Virus record (IMG/VR): IMGVR_UViG_3300025366_000006
Coordinates: 1-55,371 of that record
Length of the DNA stretch: 55,371 nucleotides
Source of the DNA: a virus
Taxonomy: Duplodnaviria; Caudoviricetes
Reading direction: 5' to 3' (one strand)
The notes under the pieces were generated by a model. That model saw only the letters and a program-made list of their open reading frames with translations, was not told the DNA's origin and made no database searches. The position numbers and the translations under genes were made by a program. Positions 17,771 through 27,555 of the stretch are shown here, piece by piece (position 1 is the first letter of the stretch; the number at the start of each line of letters is the position of its first letter).

Positions 17771-19180
17771 TTAGATAGGCTCCGTAATCACATCCGAGCA
17801 GACATAGCAGTCGGGGGTGTATTGCGGGGTGTAATTTGGGGTGAGATTGCAAGCCGCAGGGATCACAAGCTGTGCATTGTTCAACCTGTGAAGGATCGAA
17901 TGCATGAGCGTAGGATCTTGGAACTGCATACCCATACGGAACTGGTTCCAGAAGAAACCTTGATCTCGCTTGATGTTGCACTCCCAATCTGGATTCTTCC
18001 ACTCCCAATCACCAGCGTAGTTCTGGGTCATGCCTTGAGCCTCACCGATACCACTCTGGGAAGGGCTGATCCACTTGATCATAGCCTTGTTGACCCAAGG
18101 GTTGGTGATGCCGAAGTCGGCGTAGTTGAAGGCAGGGTTCTGAACGTACTTGCAACCAAGCTCAGTGGTCACAGGAACATAAGGAAGAACACGCACCAGA
18201 CGAGGCCAAGTCGTAGGATCGTTGACATTGAAAGTAGGAAGGGATGCATTGTAAACCCAATCCACATTCAGACGAACGCCATTGATGTCGTTGCAGAAAG
18301 CATAGTTTCCGATAACACGATCAATACCAAGAGAGTACTGAAGCTGTTTGTCATCAAAATCACTAACGCTCTCCCACCATCCACCAGACTGCTTGGCATA
18401 CTGCCAGAGCTGACGAAGTACACGGGCATCGGGAACGATAATCTCAAGAAGAGGGCGACCAGCGGCCTCACTCACGTCGAGACGATAAGCATCATCTTCA
18501 CGCTGAAGGTTGATGAGGATGTCATCAAGGGTATCCAGAGAAAGAAGACCGATGTTGTTAAGCTGGCTTGCAGGGAGCTTCACATAGACATAGCCCATGT
18601 TGAAGGAACCCTCGTTCGTACCCTCGAAAGGCTGAACGATGAACATCTGATCATCTGGAGTAACGCAAGAAACAAGCGACTGACCATTGCTGATCGGAAC
18701 CCACTTGTGTCCAGCACCACCGATCCAGTTGGAACGGGCGAACTCCTCATGGACGTTCTTGGTGATGTTGACGTTGGTAGCCATGATGTGATCCATCTCC
18801 TCTTGAGGGAAGAGACGATACATGAAATCAGTAAGCTGATACCAATCGGTACGCATTGCCTTGGTGAAAAGGCTGAAGCTGTAAGATTCCGTACCAGGAT
18901 GAGCAATGAACTCAAACTGAACGTCATCTGCATTCTGGATGCAACGTCCACTCTGAACTTCCTGCCAAGGCTGATCTGGATTGTACCATCCACGACCGAA
19001 GCGGAATGCTTTCTGGGTCGGAAGGGTATTCAGAGGCCAAGTCTCGGTTTCAAGACGACCATAGTAAATACTGTTGATCGCCATCTTTTTGATAAAAAAC
19101 GGGTTGTAGTAGGTGCGGGCTTCCCTAAACAGGGTATCCACATCCTGACAGCTAGAGAAGGTTACTCCATTCTGTGCCAT
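17771..19180 (-). CDS. Major capsid protein (predicted)
   Basis: 469 aa after the scaffold; strong C-ending codon bias of a highly expressed gene; LSLDTLDDIL..LEIIVPD..LRQL pattern consistent with HK97 fold. Confidence 0.75.
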   Translation of the reverse strand: MAQNGVTFSSCQDVDTLFREARTYYNPFFIKKMAINSIYYGRLETETWPLNTLPTQKAFRFGRGWYNPDQPWQEVQSGRCIQNADDVQFEFIAHPGTESYSFSLFTKAMRTDWYQLTDFMYRLFPQEEMDHIMATNVNITKNVHEEFARSNWIGGAGHKWVPISNGQSLVSCVTPDDQMFIVQPFEGTNEGSFNMGYVYVKLPASQLNNIGLLSLDTLDDILINLQREDDAYRLDVSEAAGRPLLEIIVPDARVLRQLWQYAKQSGGWWESVSDFDDKQLQYSLGIDRVIGNYAFCNDINGVRLNVDWVYNASLPTFNVNDPTTWPRLVRVLPYVPVTTELGCKYVQNPAFNYADFGITNPWVNKAMIKWISPSQSGIGEAQGMTQNYAGDWEWKNPDWECNIKRDQGFFWNQFRMGMQFQDPTLMHSILHRLNNAQLVIPAACNLTPNYTPQYTPDCYVCSDVITEPI

Positions 19181-19418
19181 AATATTTTAAGTTTTGGGTT
19201 TGATTGTGTATCCCAAAAGGATCGCTCCCCTTGGAACACGGTTATTGTGTTTTAGGTTTGCGATCTGGCAACCATCGCGGGTCTGTTTGATCACCCCACT
19301 ATTCTCCAGCTTGGCAACCCGCTTATTATTTAATGTGGGTCGCTATCCCACTCGTTGCTTCCACCGAGAACAGTTGGCTAATCAAAGCAAACCAATCCAG
19401 TTTTATAATGTCAAAACA

Positions 19419-19443
19419 AGCTATTAGTGGTTTTCTAATAGCT
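19419..19443 (-). terminator. Intrinsic terminator after scaffold gene
   Basis: AGCTATTAG-7-CTAATAGCT perfect stem, followed on the minus strand by TGTTTTG. Confidence 0.6.
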
Positions 19444-19457
19444 CGTCAATATAAATG

Positions 19458-20777
19458 TTATCTATTGCGAAATTTAGCAAATAATGCCGCAGGAGTTTTT
19501 TCCTCTGCATCATTTGCTTTTCCAGCACTAGAAGATCCAATAGTTCCATCACCTGTAGAAGAACCACGCATTTTCTTAATGGTTTCTTTAAGTTCTGCAT
19601 TCTCTTTTTCAAGAGCAAAACTATAGGCTTTGGCTTTCTTAAACTTTGCTCCCTGTTGGAGAACACGGGTAATTTGTTCTGGAGCATAGTTGCTGTTCTC
19701 CCGCAATGCGGCTTCAGCAATCAACTCATCTTCAGTTGTGTCATCATCGTACTGATGTGAGGCAAGGATTTTGGCAATCTCTTCTGGATAAGAAATCTCT
19801 ACTTGCTGTTTAGCTTGTGCCAATGCCTCTTGCCAACGCTTTCCAACTTGAGATTTGGTCATTGATACACGCCGATTGTTTTCTTCATCAATCTGTGCTT
19901 TGGTAACTTGCCAATTGATCAATGCTTCATTCCTAGCTTCAATTTTAGCAAGAACATCATAAGCTGTACTCTGGAATTTAGCCTGTTCCATAGGAGAAAG
20001 ATTCTCATAGATGGCATTAAGAGTCTGTTTGGAAATCTCGCTTTGACGCATTCTCTCATTTTGATCTTGTGAAGTAAGCGATTGCTCATAAGCGGAGACT
20101 GCTTTGGCAAACTCTGTGAGACTTGTCTGATCTCCCCCAACAATCATTTTAACTTGATTGTATCCAGAAAGAATAGGAGCATCATAATCACGCTTAAAGT
20201 TTGGATCAGCGGGAAGATTAAGCAGGGCATTAGCTTGGCGAAGGTTTTCCAGATCAGAAGTCAATGTTTCTTCACGCTCTTGGCGTTCTTTTATTGCTTG
20301 CTCAAGTTCCTTGCGGAGCTTTTCGACTTCTTTCTTGCTTTCGCTATCATTGATTTTGGAGCGAAGTTCTTCAATTTCTTGTTTTGCTTGGTCGTATTCA
20401 GCAACCTTGGCTTTAAGTTCAGCGGCCTCTTTAGCAAGCTGTTCATTGGTTTGCTTGAGGGATTTGATAAACCCAGGCTTCTTTTCATCATCTACAGATG
20501 AGGCTTTAACTTCTGGCTCCGTTCTATTCTCTTCTGAATCACGCTTGATTTGCTTTTCTTCATCAACCTTTTCTTGAAATTGCGTAGAATCTTGATTCAA
20601 CTTCTCTGCCATCTTCTTAAAAAGATCGGAAGGATTGCCCTTGGGAGCATCTTTGATGTTTTCCCTAAAGAAAGTATCTGCCTGTTTAACGGCGGCATCT
20701 CTTGCGGCTTTATCAGCAGATGCATCAAATTGGGGTGCTGGTTTTGCTACGGGTTCGGCAACGGCGGTTTCAGACAT
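19458..20777 (-). CDS. Capsid scaffolding protein (predicted)
   Basis: E/K-rich coiled coil between portal and capsid; C-terminal amphipathic helix (AALFAKFRNR). Confidence 0.65.
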   Translation of the reverse strand: MSETAVAEPVAKPAPQFDASADKAARDAAVKQADTFFRENIKDAPKGNPSDLFKKMAEKLNQDSTQFQEKVDEEKQIKRDSEENRTEPEVKASSVDDEKKPGFIKSLKQTNEQLAKEAAELKAKVAEYDQAKQEIEELRSKINDSESKKEVEKLRKELEQAIKERQEREETLTSDLENLRQANALLNLPADPNFKRDYDAPILSGYNQVKMIVGGDQTSLTEFAKAVSAYEQSLTSQDQNERMRQSEISKQTLNAIYENLSPMEQAKFQSTAYDVLAKIEARNEALINWQVTKAQIDEENNRRVSMTKSQVGKRWQEALAQAKQQVEISYPEEIAKILASHQYDDDTTEDELIAEAALRENSNYAPEQITRVLQQGAKFKKAKAYSFALEKENAELKETIKKMRGSSTGDGTIGSSSAGKANDAEEKTPAALFAKFRNR

Positions 20778-20802
20778 GGTTGTTTTTGGTTTGTGTGGTT
20801 AC

Positions 20803-21084
20803 TTATTTACGGAGAGAAAGCTCTTCATCAGTCAAAGATTCGTCAAGATCGGGATCAAAATCCAGATCATGTGTGCTTACTTTAACTGTAGTTAGTTTTG
20901 GTTTATCAAATGCAGAGAAAGTATTGTCTTCAGCATCAGTTGCCCATTCTTGCAATGCTCGGAATACTGCAACAACAGTTGCGTGATCTTTGTTTACTAG
21001 CTCCTCATACAATCCATTCTTTAGTTCGCTATAACGACGATCATTGATAATGGCGGCGGCTAGGTTTACTACATTTTTATCCAT
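20803..21084 (-). CDS. Small portal-adjacent hypothetical protein
   Basis: 93 aa with acidic tail, in the usual portal-scaffold slot. Confidence 0.6.
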   Translation of the reverse strand: MDKNVVNLAAAIINDRRYSELKNGLYEELVNKDHATVVAVFRALQEWATDAEDNTFSAFDKPKLTTVKVSTHDLDFDPDLDESLTDEELSLRK

Positions 21085-21087
21085 AAA

Positions 21088-21594
21088 TTATGTGGTTGCT
21101 TGTAATTTAGCGTGTTTTCTTTGGTTTATTATTGCTGGAAGTATTTGCAAATTGCAAGGTTCATGTTTTCCACCCCTTGAAAGCGGAACAATATGATCAA
21201 CATGAAATTTTATACCAGTACATTTAGAAATCCTTTTTCTACAATTTATAATTGTTTTAACAATAAGGATTTCAATTTCACTCAATGTTTTAGAGTTTTC
21301 CCTTTGCCGTCTTATTGATTTATAATTAAATATCTTTTCTGGATTTTTGTTTGCCCAATTTTTCCAGATATTTTTAGCTTTTTCTAAATTATTACTTTTC
21401 CAATTTTTAACAGCAATTCGACATGCTTCTGGATTTTTATTTCTTCTTTGTGCATTATCAATTTTGCTTTTAATTCTATACTCTTCAAACTTTTCTGGAG
21501 AAAGCCACCATTCTCCATTTAATGAAGGTTTATGATATTTCCAAAATCTTTTTGTTTTTGATTGGTTCCAATCGCCTGGCTTAAACTCACCCAT
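21088..21594 (-). CDS. HNH homing endonuclease
   Basis: FHVDHIVPLSRGGKHEPCNLQIL..NQRK; AT-rich insert after the portal. Confidence 0.9.
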   Translation of the reverse strand: MGEFKPGDWNQSKTKRFWKYHKPSLNGEWWLSPEKFEEYRIKSKIDNAQRRNKNPEACRIAVKNWKSNNLEKAKNIWKNWANKNPEKIFNYKSIRRQRENSKTLSEIEILIVKTIINCRKRISKCTGIKFHVDHIVPLSRGGKHEPCNLQILPAIINQRKHAKLQATT

Positions 21595-24202
21595 TTTCTT
21601 GTCCAAGTTGCGGGTTGCTTTGCGTTACTGCCTCTTGACCTTGGATAGCTTGTTGTTGAGCCATCATGTCTTGAGCGTTCATTTGTTGGGTTTGATCCAA
21701 CTCTTGTTCATGTTGATCCTGCATAGCTTGCAAGTTATGGGCGGCTTTTGCACGATGAATTTGAATGTCATTTGAGGCCTTTGCTCTCTTGGTCGCAAGA
21801 TCGGTTGCAACCCTTTCCATTGCATTGGCATTGTGAAGCTGTGCTTTCTGTGCCATTGCCGCAAGTTTGATGTCTTCCTTCTTCTTGAGGCTATCAGTCT
21901 CAATGGCTTCCTTGGCAACCAAGGCTTGTAGCTTGATGGTATGAGGATCTTGATTTCCTCCCTGTCCTTGCTGTTGCTGTTTCGCTTTCTCAAGCTGTGC
22001 AAGCTGGCTACCAAGCTCATCGGTTCCACGCTGAAGCTGTTGCATCTGTTGACCAAACTGCTTTGCGAGTTCTTTCTTGGTTGGATCTTTTTGGATAAAT
22101 CCAAGATGTGCAGTAAGGTGTGGCCCCTTGAAGCGAATCAAACAGGCATAGATGTCTTTGATAAGCTCCACGGCTTCTTCAGAGACTTGCTGTGCTTCTT
22201 GTCCACGGGTGGGTGCTTGAGGATTAACTCCAGCAGATTGAAGAGCCTGTTGAGCTTCCTGCATGGATGCGGCGGCATCTTGAATATGACCCTTGAAATG
22301 CTCAACATGGTTCTGATCGGGATACACACGGAAGTTTGCAACATTGCCCTTTGGATCAGTCATTCCAATATTCTCCATCGCAATAATTCCCTGTTCATCT
22401 GGGATTTCAACCTTGGACTGACGAATATAACGATTGACATTCTGGCGACCATTAAGGGCGGCAATAGCATCAGAGATTGCATTGGCTTGACCCTCGTTCA
22501 TAGGAGTCATGCCTGTAAGAGAAACAGTCTGTTGAGCCGCCATCAGTTTGTAGCTTGGGCTTCCAGATCCAGAAAGCATATTGCTCTCAAGGTTTTCAAT
22601 GTTTTCCCATTTATATGCTTCTTTGGGAACACCATTTTCTTCCATGAAATCAACAAACTTCTCTTTGAGTTTGTATCCGTAGCCACCTTTTGTGGTTCGG
22701 CTCATGCGTTTGAATAGCATTTTAAGCCAGCGGGTTTGATTATCGTTAAACCTACGGATTTGAGTTCCCTGGAGCTTTGCCGATTCAGCGGCATCCATCT
22801 GGCTCTCTGCTTTGGTGCGAGCTTTTCCGCTCTTTTGGTAATTGCCAATATTGTATGCACCGATTCCACGATACATATCAGCTTGATAAAACTGGATTCC
22901 AGCAAGGACTTCTTGGAAGGGAATATTGACCGATACTTGATGAGGCTCAACATCTTGAGGGAGAACCATCCAAGGCATCCACTCCATTTGTTTCAGCTTC
23001 TTGGTAGATTCAGCAGAACCACCCTTAAACATAAGGCGTGTATTCCAATCTACAGCATCCATGAACCTATTCATATGAATGTCATAGGCTCGACATTGGA
23101 TGAAAACAGATTCAGCAAGTCCTTGGATCTCATGCCAGATGCCAGATCCAGTAGAGTCTGTCATAGGGGCAATGATGTCTTCCCAACCATCCTCATCCTT
23201 TTCTACCCAATCTTTTTTGTAATAAAGGAATCCTGTCTGGTCACGATACTCTTCTTCAGTAAGATCCTTGCGACCATTTTCTTTGTAACCAAGAACAAGT
23301 CCTCCATAGTTTTGGAGCAAGAGCATCTTGGATATGCTTCCATTGAACTCCATGATATAAAGCTCATACAACTCAATGCGTAGCGTGTAGAGACGAGAAA
23401 GATTCATATTGCCAGAGGCAACGTCACGCAACCATTCCGTATTGGTATATGTATTGCGATAATTTGTGGTAAACATTCGCAGGGCATCCACGCAAGCCCA
23501 GAAGTTCCAACCCATATCAGTAGCGTGTTTCTCTGCCTTTACTGGATCTTCTTCCCCGCCAGTAATCTTGAGCCAGAACTCAAGGGGTGTGTAGCTACGC
23601 TTGATGCACATCTCACCCAAGTTCGTGAGATCGGCATATGTTTTATCTGGAATCAGAACATTGGAGTTGTGAAAGCTCTTGGTAGGCCATCCATCTCTAT
23701 CCTCTGCAATTTCAAAGCCCTTTCCATACAGGGTCATTTCTTCAACATCCAACTCAACATTGTAATTGTATGATGCCCAAGAGCGAAGCATACGATCAAA
23801 TCCAACACTAATAATATCGCTCCATTCTTTCTTTTCAGTTGGATTCCCTAGCTTTGTCGTGATGGTTGCGGCAGTATTACGCTCCATAACCATGTCCACA
23901 AAACTAGACTTTTGGTTATCAACGATAAACTTCATCTGACGGAATGGCACATTGCTCATTCCAGAAAGTTGACGAGAAGCTACTTGGCTATAATCAGTTG
24001 GAGGGAAGCCTTTATAACATTTAAAAATTCTTCCCCATTTTCTTTCTCTTCCTGCGTTGTCCAATCGAAGGTTCCAACAAATTGTAAAAGCATCGTTAGC
24101 CGTTTGAACACGACTTGTGGGAGCTACACCATTAGAATTGATAGTGTTGAATCCCCAAGAGGAAACTCCTTCACGATTTACGATCTTTTTTGTTTTAGCC
24201 AT
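21587..24202 (-). CDS. Portal protein with long C-terminal helical extension
   Basis: 871 aa; MTLYGKGF and GIWHEIQGLAE motifs; Q-rich C-terminal coiled coil; upstream of the scaffold. Confidence 0.75.
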   Translation of the reverse strand: MAKTKKIVNREGVSSWGFNTINSNGVAPTSRVQTANDAFTICWNLRLDNAGRERKWGRIFKCYKGFPPTDYSQVASRQLSGMSNVPFRQMKFIVDNQKSSFVDMVMERNTAATITTKLGNPTEKKEWSDIISVGFDRMLRSWASYNYNVELDVEEMTLYGKGFEIAEDRDGWPTKSFHNSNVLIPDKTYADLTNLGEMCIKRSYTPLEFWLKITGGEEDPVKAEKHATDMGWNFWACVDALRMFTTNYRNTYTNTEWLRDVASGNMNLSRLYTLRIELYELYIMEFNGSISKMLLLQNYGGLVLGYKENGRKDLTEEEYRDQTGFLYYKKDWVEKDEDGWEDIIAPMTDSTGSGIWHEIQGLAESVFIQCRAYDIHMNRFMDAVDWNTRLMFKGGSAESTKKLKQMEWMPWMVLPQDVEPHQVSVNIPFQEVLAGIQFYQADMYRGIGAYNIGNYQKSGKARTKAESQMDAAESAKLQGTQIRRFNDNQTRWLKMLFKRMSRTTKGGYGYKLKEKFVDFMEENGVPKEAYKWENIENLESNMLSGSGSPSYKLMAAQQTVSLTGMTPMNEGQANAISDAIAALNGRQNVNRYIRQSKVEIPDEQGIIAMENIGMTDPKGNVANFRVYPDQNHVEHFKGHIQDAAASMQEAQQALQSAGVNPQAPTRGQEAQQVSEEAVELIKDIYACLIRFKGPHLTAHLGFIQKDPTKKELAKQFGQQMQQLQRGTDELGSQLAQLEKAKQQQQGQGGNQDPHTIKLQALVAKEAIETDSLKKKEDIKLAAMAQKAQLHNANAMERVATDLATKRAKASNDIQIHRAKAAHNLQAMQDQHEQELDQTQQMNAQDMMAQQQAIQGQEAVTQSNPQLGQENG

Positions 24203-24591
24203 TACCCGATTGCTTTGTTTAATGCCTCACGGCGGCGTTGACAAGATGGACAATTCTTTGCCCTTGTTTCCAATTGGGCATTGATGCCGAATGTAGAAGC
24301 AACCTTATCACCGAGATGAGCAAATTTGTGAATTACGTTTGCTACAGCATCGCCAGCTTCTTGCCAACAATACTGACCAGCAATACGCTGACAAATTTGT
24401 TGTTCAACTAGATATTCTAAATTTTCTGGAATAGCAACATTCTTATTAGTCATGTCTGACTTAACCTTTTGAATGAATTGCCTTCCAAATGTGAGATCCA
24501 TTCCGTTTACACGATAGGTATTTCCTTTATCGTCGCTATATTGATACCAAAGGCCACCAGGGATTGCGTCATTAGGATTCTTGAGCTTCAT
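24202..24591 (-). CDS. Hypothetical protein with CxxC
   Basis: IPGGLWY, CPSCQRRREALN; coupled to the portal start. Confidence 0.65.
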   Translation of the reverse strand: MKLKNPNDAIPGGLWYQYSDDKGNTYRVNGMDLTFGRQFIQKVKSDMTNKNVAIPENLEYLVEQQICQRIAGQYCWQEAGDAVANVIHKFAHLGDKVASTFGINAQLETRAKNCPSCQRRREALNKAIG

Positions 24592-24642
24592 GTGATTGAA
24601 ATGCTTGTGTTATTTTCTAAAATAAGTCAACACTAAAGGTTC

Positions 24643-26571
24643 ATGGAATACAACGGATTGAGTCTGCAACCACCACAGGATACAACATATGGACTTTCGT
24701 TCCTTGAGACTGTTCCACAATTCATTCGTGAGTTGACAGCATATCGTTTGACCCGTGGTGAGTTTGGAAGGCGTGAAAGAATCAAGATGGGAATCAAATT
24801 GGATCAATGTGGGTTGCTAAACCCTGCACAGCACATGGTCAACTGCTTTCAATTGATCTACGGCAATGATGTTTTGCTCCATTCGCAGGGAATACCCAAT
24901 AATTATGCCCTAGACATCATTGATTTGTTCTGCAATGAGAACGATTGGGGTATTGCAGGGTGTGCAAGTAGCGGAAAAACCTTTTCTGTTGCGGCTTGTA
25001 TTGTCATTGATTGGCTTTGTGCTCCAGATTGTACCTCAACTTACGTTGCAAGTACTTCTTTGGACGCTTCAGAAGACCGACTTTGGGGTAAAGTTTGTAC
25101 GCTTTATCGCATTGCAATGAGGAATTTACAGGCCAAATACGGTAAAGATACAAGCATTGGAAACCTTGTTGAGTACCGAAGGATGATTGTTTTTGAATCA
25201 ATTGACACCAAAGATACGGAACGAGATTATACAAATGCCATTAAAGCTCTTGCTTTCCCCCGTGGAGGAGAAGGAAAGCGGTCTGTGGAGAATACAAGAG
25301 GACGTAAGAACGCAAGGATGCGTCTATTTCTTGATGAGTTGGCTGAAATGGATCTCTATGCCCTTGATACCCGTGTCAACCTTGGAGCTAATCCAGACTT
25401 CATCTTTGGCGGTATGGCAAACCCATCAAATACTGCCAATAATCCCCATACAGAGTTGTGCCAGCCAGACGATCCCTTGGAATGGGATGCAGTAAACCGC
25501 TATACCCATAAATGGACTACTAGAACAGGGGTTGCTTTGCACCTTTCGGGAGAAGATAGTCCTAATTTCAAACTACCAAACGCTGAAGTTCCCCCATTTG
25601 ATAGGTTTTTGACCATCCAAGGCGAAGCAAATACCCTAAAACGATGCTATGGCAATAAAAATGCCCTAGAATATTGGCGAAATGTCTATGGTTGGTGGCC
25701 CGATTCCTCTGTAGAACTAACCATCTTCTCAAAACAGTTCATCCAAGCCTGTGATATAGCTTGGGAACCTACTTGGAGTGACAGAACAAAGGTAGTTTGT
25801 GGATTTGACCCTGCATTTACGGCTGGAGGAGATAGATGTGCGGCTACTTTTTGCCGATATGGGCCAAATGATACTGGTCGTAGGGTTGGATTCTACCTTG
25901 GCACAAGAGAATATAACTCCTCTGTGGGTGATGTCTTTGAAGAATCCATTGCAATGCAATTGGTAAAGGATTGCGTAGAGTATGGAGTCCACCCAAGGGA
26001 CTTTGGATTGGATATTTCTGGTGATGGCGGCAAGATGCTACGGGCAATAATCATTGAATGGGGCAAATTCCATCCAGAAGCTATGTTTATTCACCCTATT
26101 TCCTCTATGGGTATGCCTACGGAGAGGAAAATCAGTAGCTTGGATAAGCGTACTGCCAAGGAAGCGTATGATCGGCGTGTTACGGAGTCTTGGTTCCAGG
26201 TGCATACGGCTATGTCAACGCAAAGTTTGCTTGGCATTAATGTGGAAAAACATACCGCATTGGTAAACGAACTTTGCAGTAGGCTTTATTTCCACAAGGG
26301 CAGAAAAGTTGCTGTGGAGAAAAAACTGGATATGAAGCAACGCATCAAGAAATCACCCGATTTGGCTGATTCTTTGACCTATGCCGTTGAAATGCTACGC
26401 AAGGCAGGATTGGAATTTACTTTTGAAGAAGAGCAAGAATCCTTGGACATCCTAGAGATTAGGGATTGGGAAGAAAAACTTGTGTATTCTAAAAATGGAG
26501 TTGGAAAAGAAGTAGAGGATCAAGATGATTGGGGATATGGTGGAAGCAGTTGTGATGAAGATGGATTTTAG
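24643..26571 (+). CDS. terL: Terminase large subunit
   Basis: Walker A GCASSGKT, Walker B LFLDE, MANP coupling motif, RNase H-like GFDPA..D and SPDLADSL. Confidence 0.9.
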   Translation: MEYNGLSLQPPQDTTYGLSFLETVPQFIRELTAYRLTRGEFGRRERIKMGIKLDQCGLLNPAQHMVNCFQLIYGNDVLLHSQGIPNNYALDIIDLFCNENDWGIAGCASSGKTFSVAACIVIDWLCAPDCTSTYVASTSLDASEDRLWGKVCTLYRIAMRNLQAKYGKDTSIGNLVEYRRMIVFESIDTKDTERDYTNAIKALAFPRGGEGKRSVENTRGRKNARMRLFLDELAEMDLYALDTRVNLGANPDFIFGGMANPSNTANNPHTELCQPDDPLEWDAVNRYTHKWTTRTGVALHLSGEDSPNFKLPNAEVPPFDRFLTIQGEANTLKRCYGNKNALEYWRNVYGWWPDSSVELTIFSKQFIQACDIAWEPTWSDRTKVVCGFDPAFTAGGDRCAATFCRYGPNDTGRRVGFYLGTREYNSSVGDVFEESIAMQLVKDCVEYGVHPRDFGLDISGDGGKMLRAIIIEWGKFHPEAMFIHPISSMGMPTERKISSLDKRTAKEAYDRRVTESWFQVHTAMSTQSLLGINVEKHTALVNELCSRLYFHKGRKVAVEKKLDMKQRIKKSPDLADSLTYAVEMLRKAGLEFTFEEEQESLDILEIRDWEEKLVYSKNGVGKEVEDQDDWGYGGSSCDEDGF

Positions 26572-26611
26572 GTTCATATATACAATCAAGTACTAATTCA
26601 TTTACAATTAG

Positions 26612-26769
26612 TAGATGACCTCGCCCCCTATCTCGCAGGAAATCCCCATTGGAGATTTTTCAGGGGCGAGGAACCTTTGAAGAAACCCAAGTGCCGATCC
26701 TCCTTGTTTCTGCGACTCAAGGGGAGAAGGCGGTCGAGGGTATAGGAGCTGCGGTATCCCTTAAGCTCC
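26612..26769 (-). ncRNA. Candidate structured small RNA
   Basis: ORF-free; begins about 7 nt after a TTGACT-17-TAAATT promoter; multiple stems whose G.U pairs favour the minus strand. Confidence 0.55.
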
Positions 26770-26775
26770 AAAGAA

Positions 26776-26813
26776 AATTTATTGTTGACGCATGGATTAG
26801 TCAATAACATATT
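26776..26813. promoter_or_regulatory. Overlapping divergent sigma70-like promoters
   Basis: Plus TTGACG(26785)-17-CATATT(26808); minus TTGACT(26804)-17-TAAATT(26781). Confidence 0.6.
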
Positions 26814-26819
26814 CACCGC

Positions 26820-27043
26820 ATCTGAATGGTGAAGCATTCTGGTAACACTTTCCTAAAACAAAAAGAAAAGCCCCGCTGTAGTGCTTCACCACTCGGCGGG
26901 GCTTGTCCGTTACAGCAAGTGAGGGTGGGTGTGAATTCGTACCACATGACCCAACAACAACGGCTTTGGAGAATCAAAACTCCTTACCCGATGGTTGGGT
27001 AAAAATGTACTGCCTTCAGCAAAAGCAGAGGGTAGTGATTTTT
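26820..27043 (+). ncRNA. Candidate small RNA or leader, with an 18-codon ORF at 26946-27002
   Basis: Promoter upstream; 11-bp stem 26868-26904; terminator-like hairpin 27008-27037 followed by ATTTTT. Confidence 0.45.
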
Positions 27044-27539
27044 ATCTAGCAAATCTTTTCTGGGGGGTAGGGGGGTTTGTTAGAGTTTTTAGCCATGGAT
27101 GTATTTCGGCATGGCATCCGTTACAAAGGCTGACGACATTTTTCTTCTGGTTCAATCCCCCGTTTTGGAGTTGTATTATGTGATGTCGGCAATGTGCTGG
27201 TTCAAGGCAAACAAAACATTTGATGTTTATTTTTAACTCTACTCTGTGAAGTGTTTTTTTAATCTGATTAAATTGTGTTCGTTTTTTCGATGGATCAGTT
27301 TTCCATCCAATAACGATTTTTGCATAGTCAATTAAAACATTTAGTCTTTCCTCTTTGCTTTTTAGACCACCATTGAAATTGCCCCTCAATGCTTCCCTTT
27401 TGATTTTGTTTGGCCCTTTGACAGATTTATCTTCAAGGAAATATTTCCAAAACTTGATCAACAATTTTTTGTGCAAGCATTGAGCTTGCGATCCATTGTC
27501 ACAATGGAATACATTTACATCAGCTTCATTCATAGACAC
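27042..27539 (-). CDS. HNH endonuclease
   Basis: CFVC..HHIIQLQNGGLN..NVVSLCNGCHAEIH. Confidence 0.85.
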   Translation of the reverse strand: MSMNEADVNVFHCDNGSQAQCLHKKLLIKFWKYFLEDKSVKGPNKIKREALRGNFNGGLKSKEERLNVLIDYAKIVIGWKTDPSKKRTQFNQIKKTLHRVELKINIKCFVCLEPAHCRHHIIQLQNGGLNQKKNVVSLCNGCHAEIHPWLKTLTNPPTPQKRFAR

Positions 27540-27555
27540 ATTATGGTTGAGGTTA

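Noticed and set aside
17756-19255. 499-aa plus-strand ORF antisense to the capsid gene
   Set aside because: It mirrors the capsid gene in register. Strong codon bias (few TTA/CTA/TCA codons) removes antisense stops, and the product has no recognisable motif.
21941-23383. 258-aa and 215-aa plus-strand ORFs
   Set aside because: They are antisense to the portal and have no motifs.
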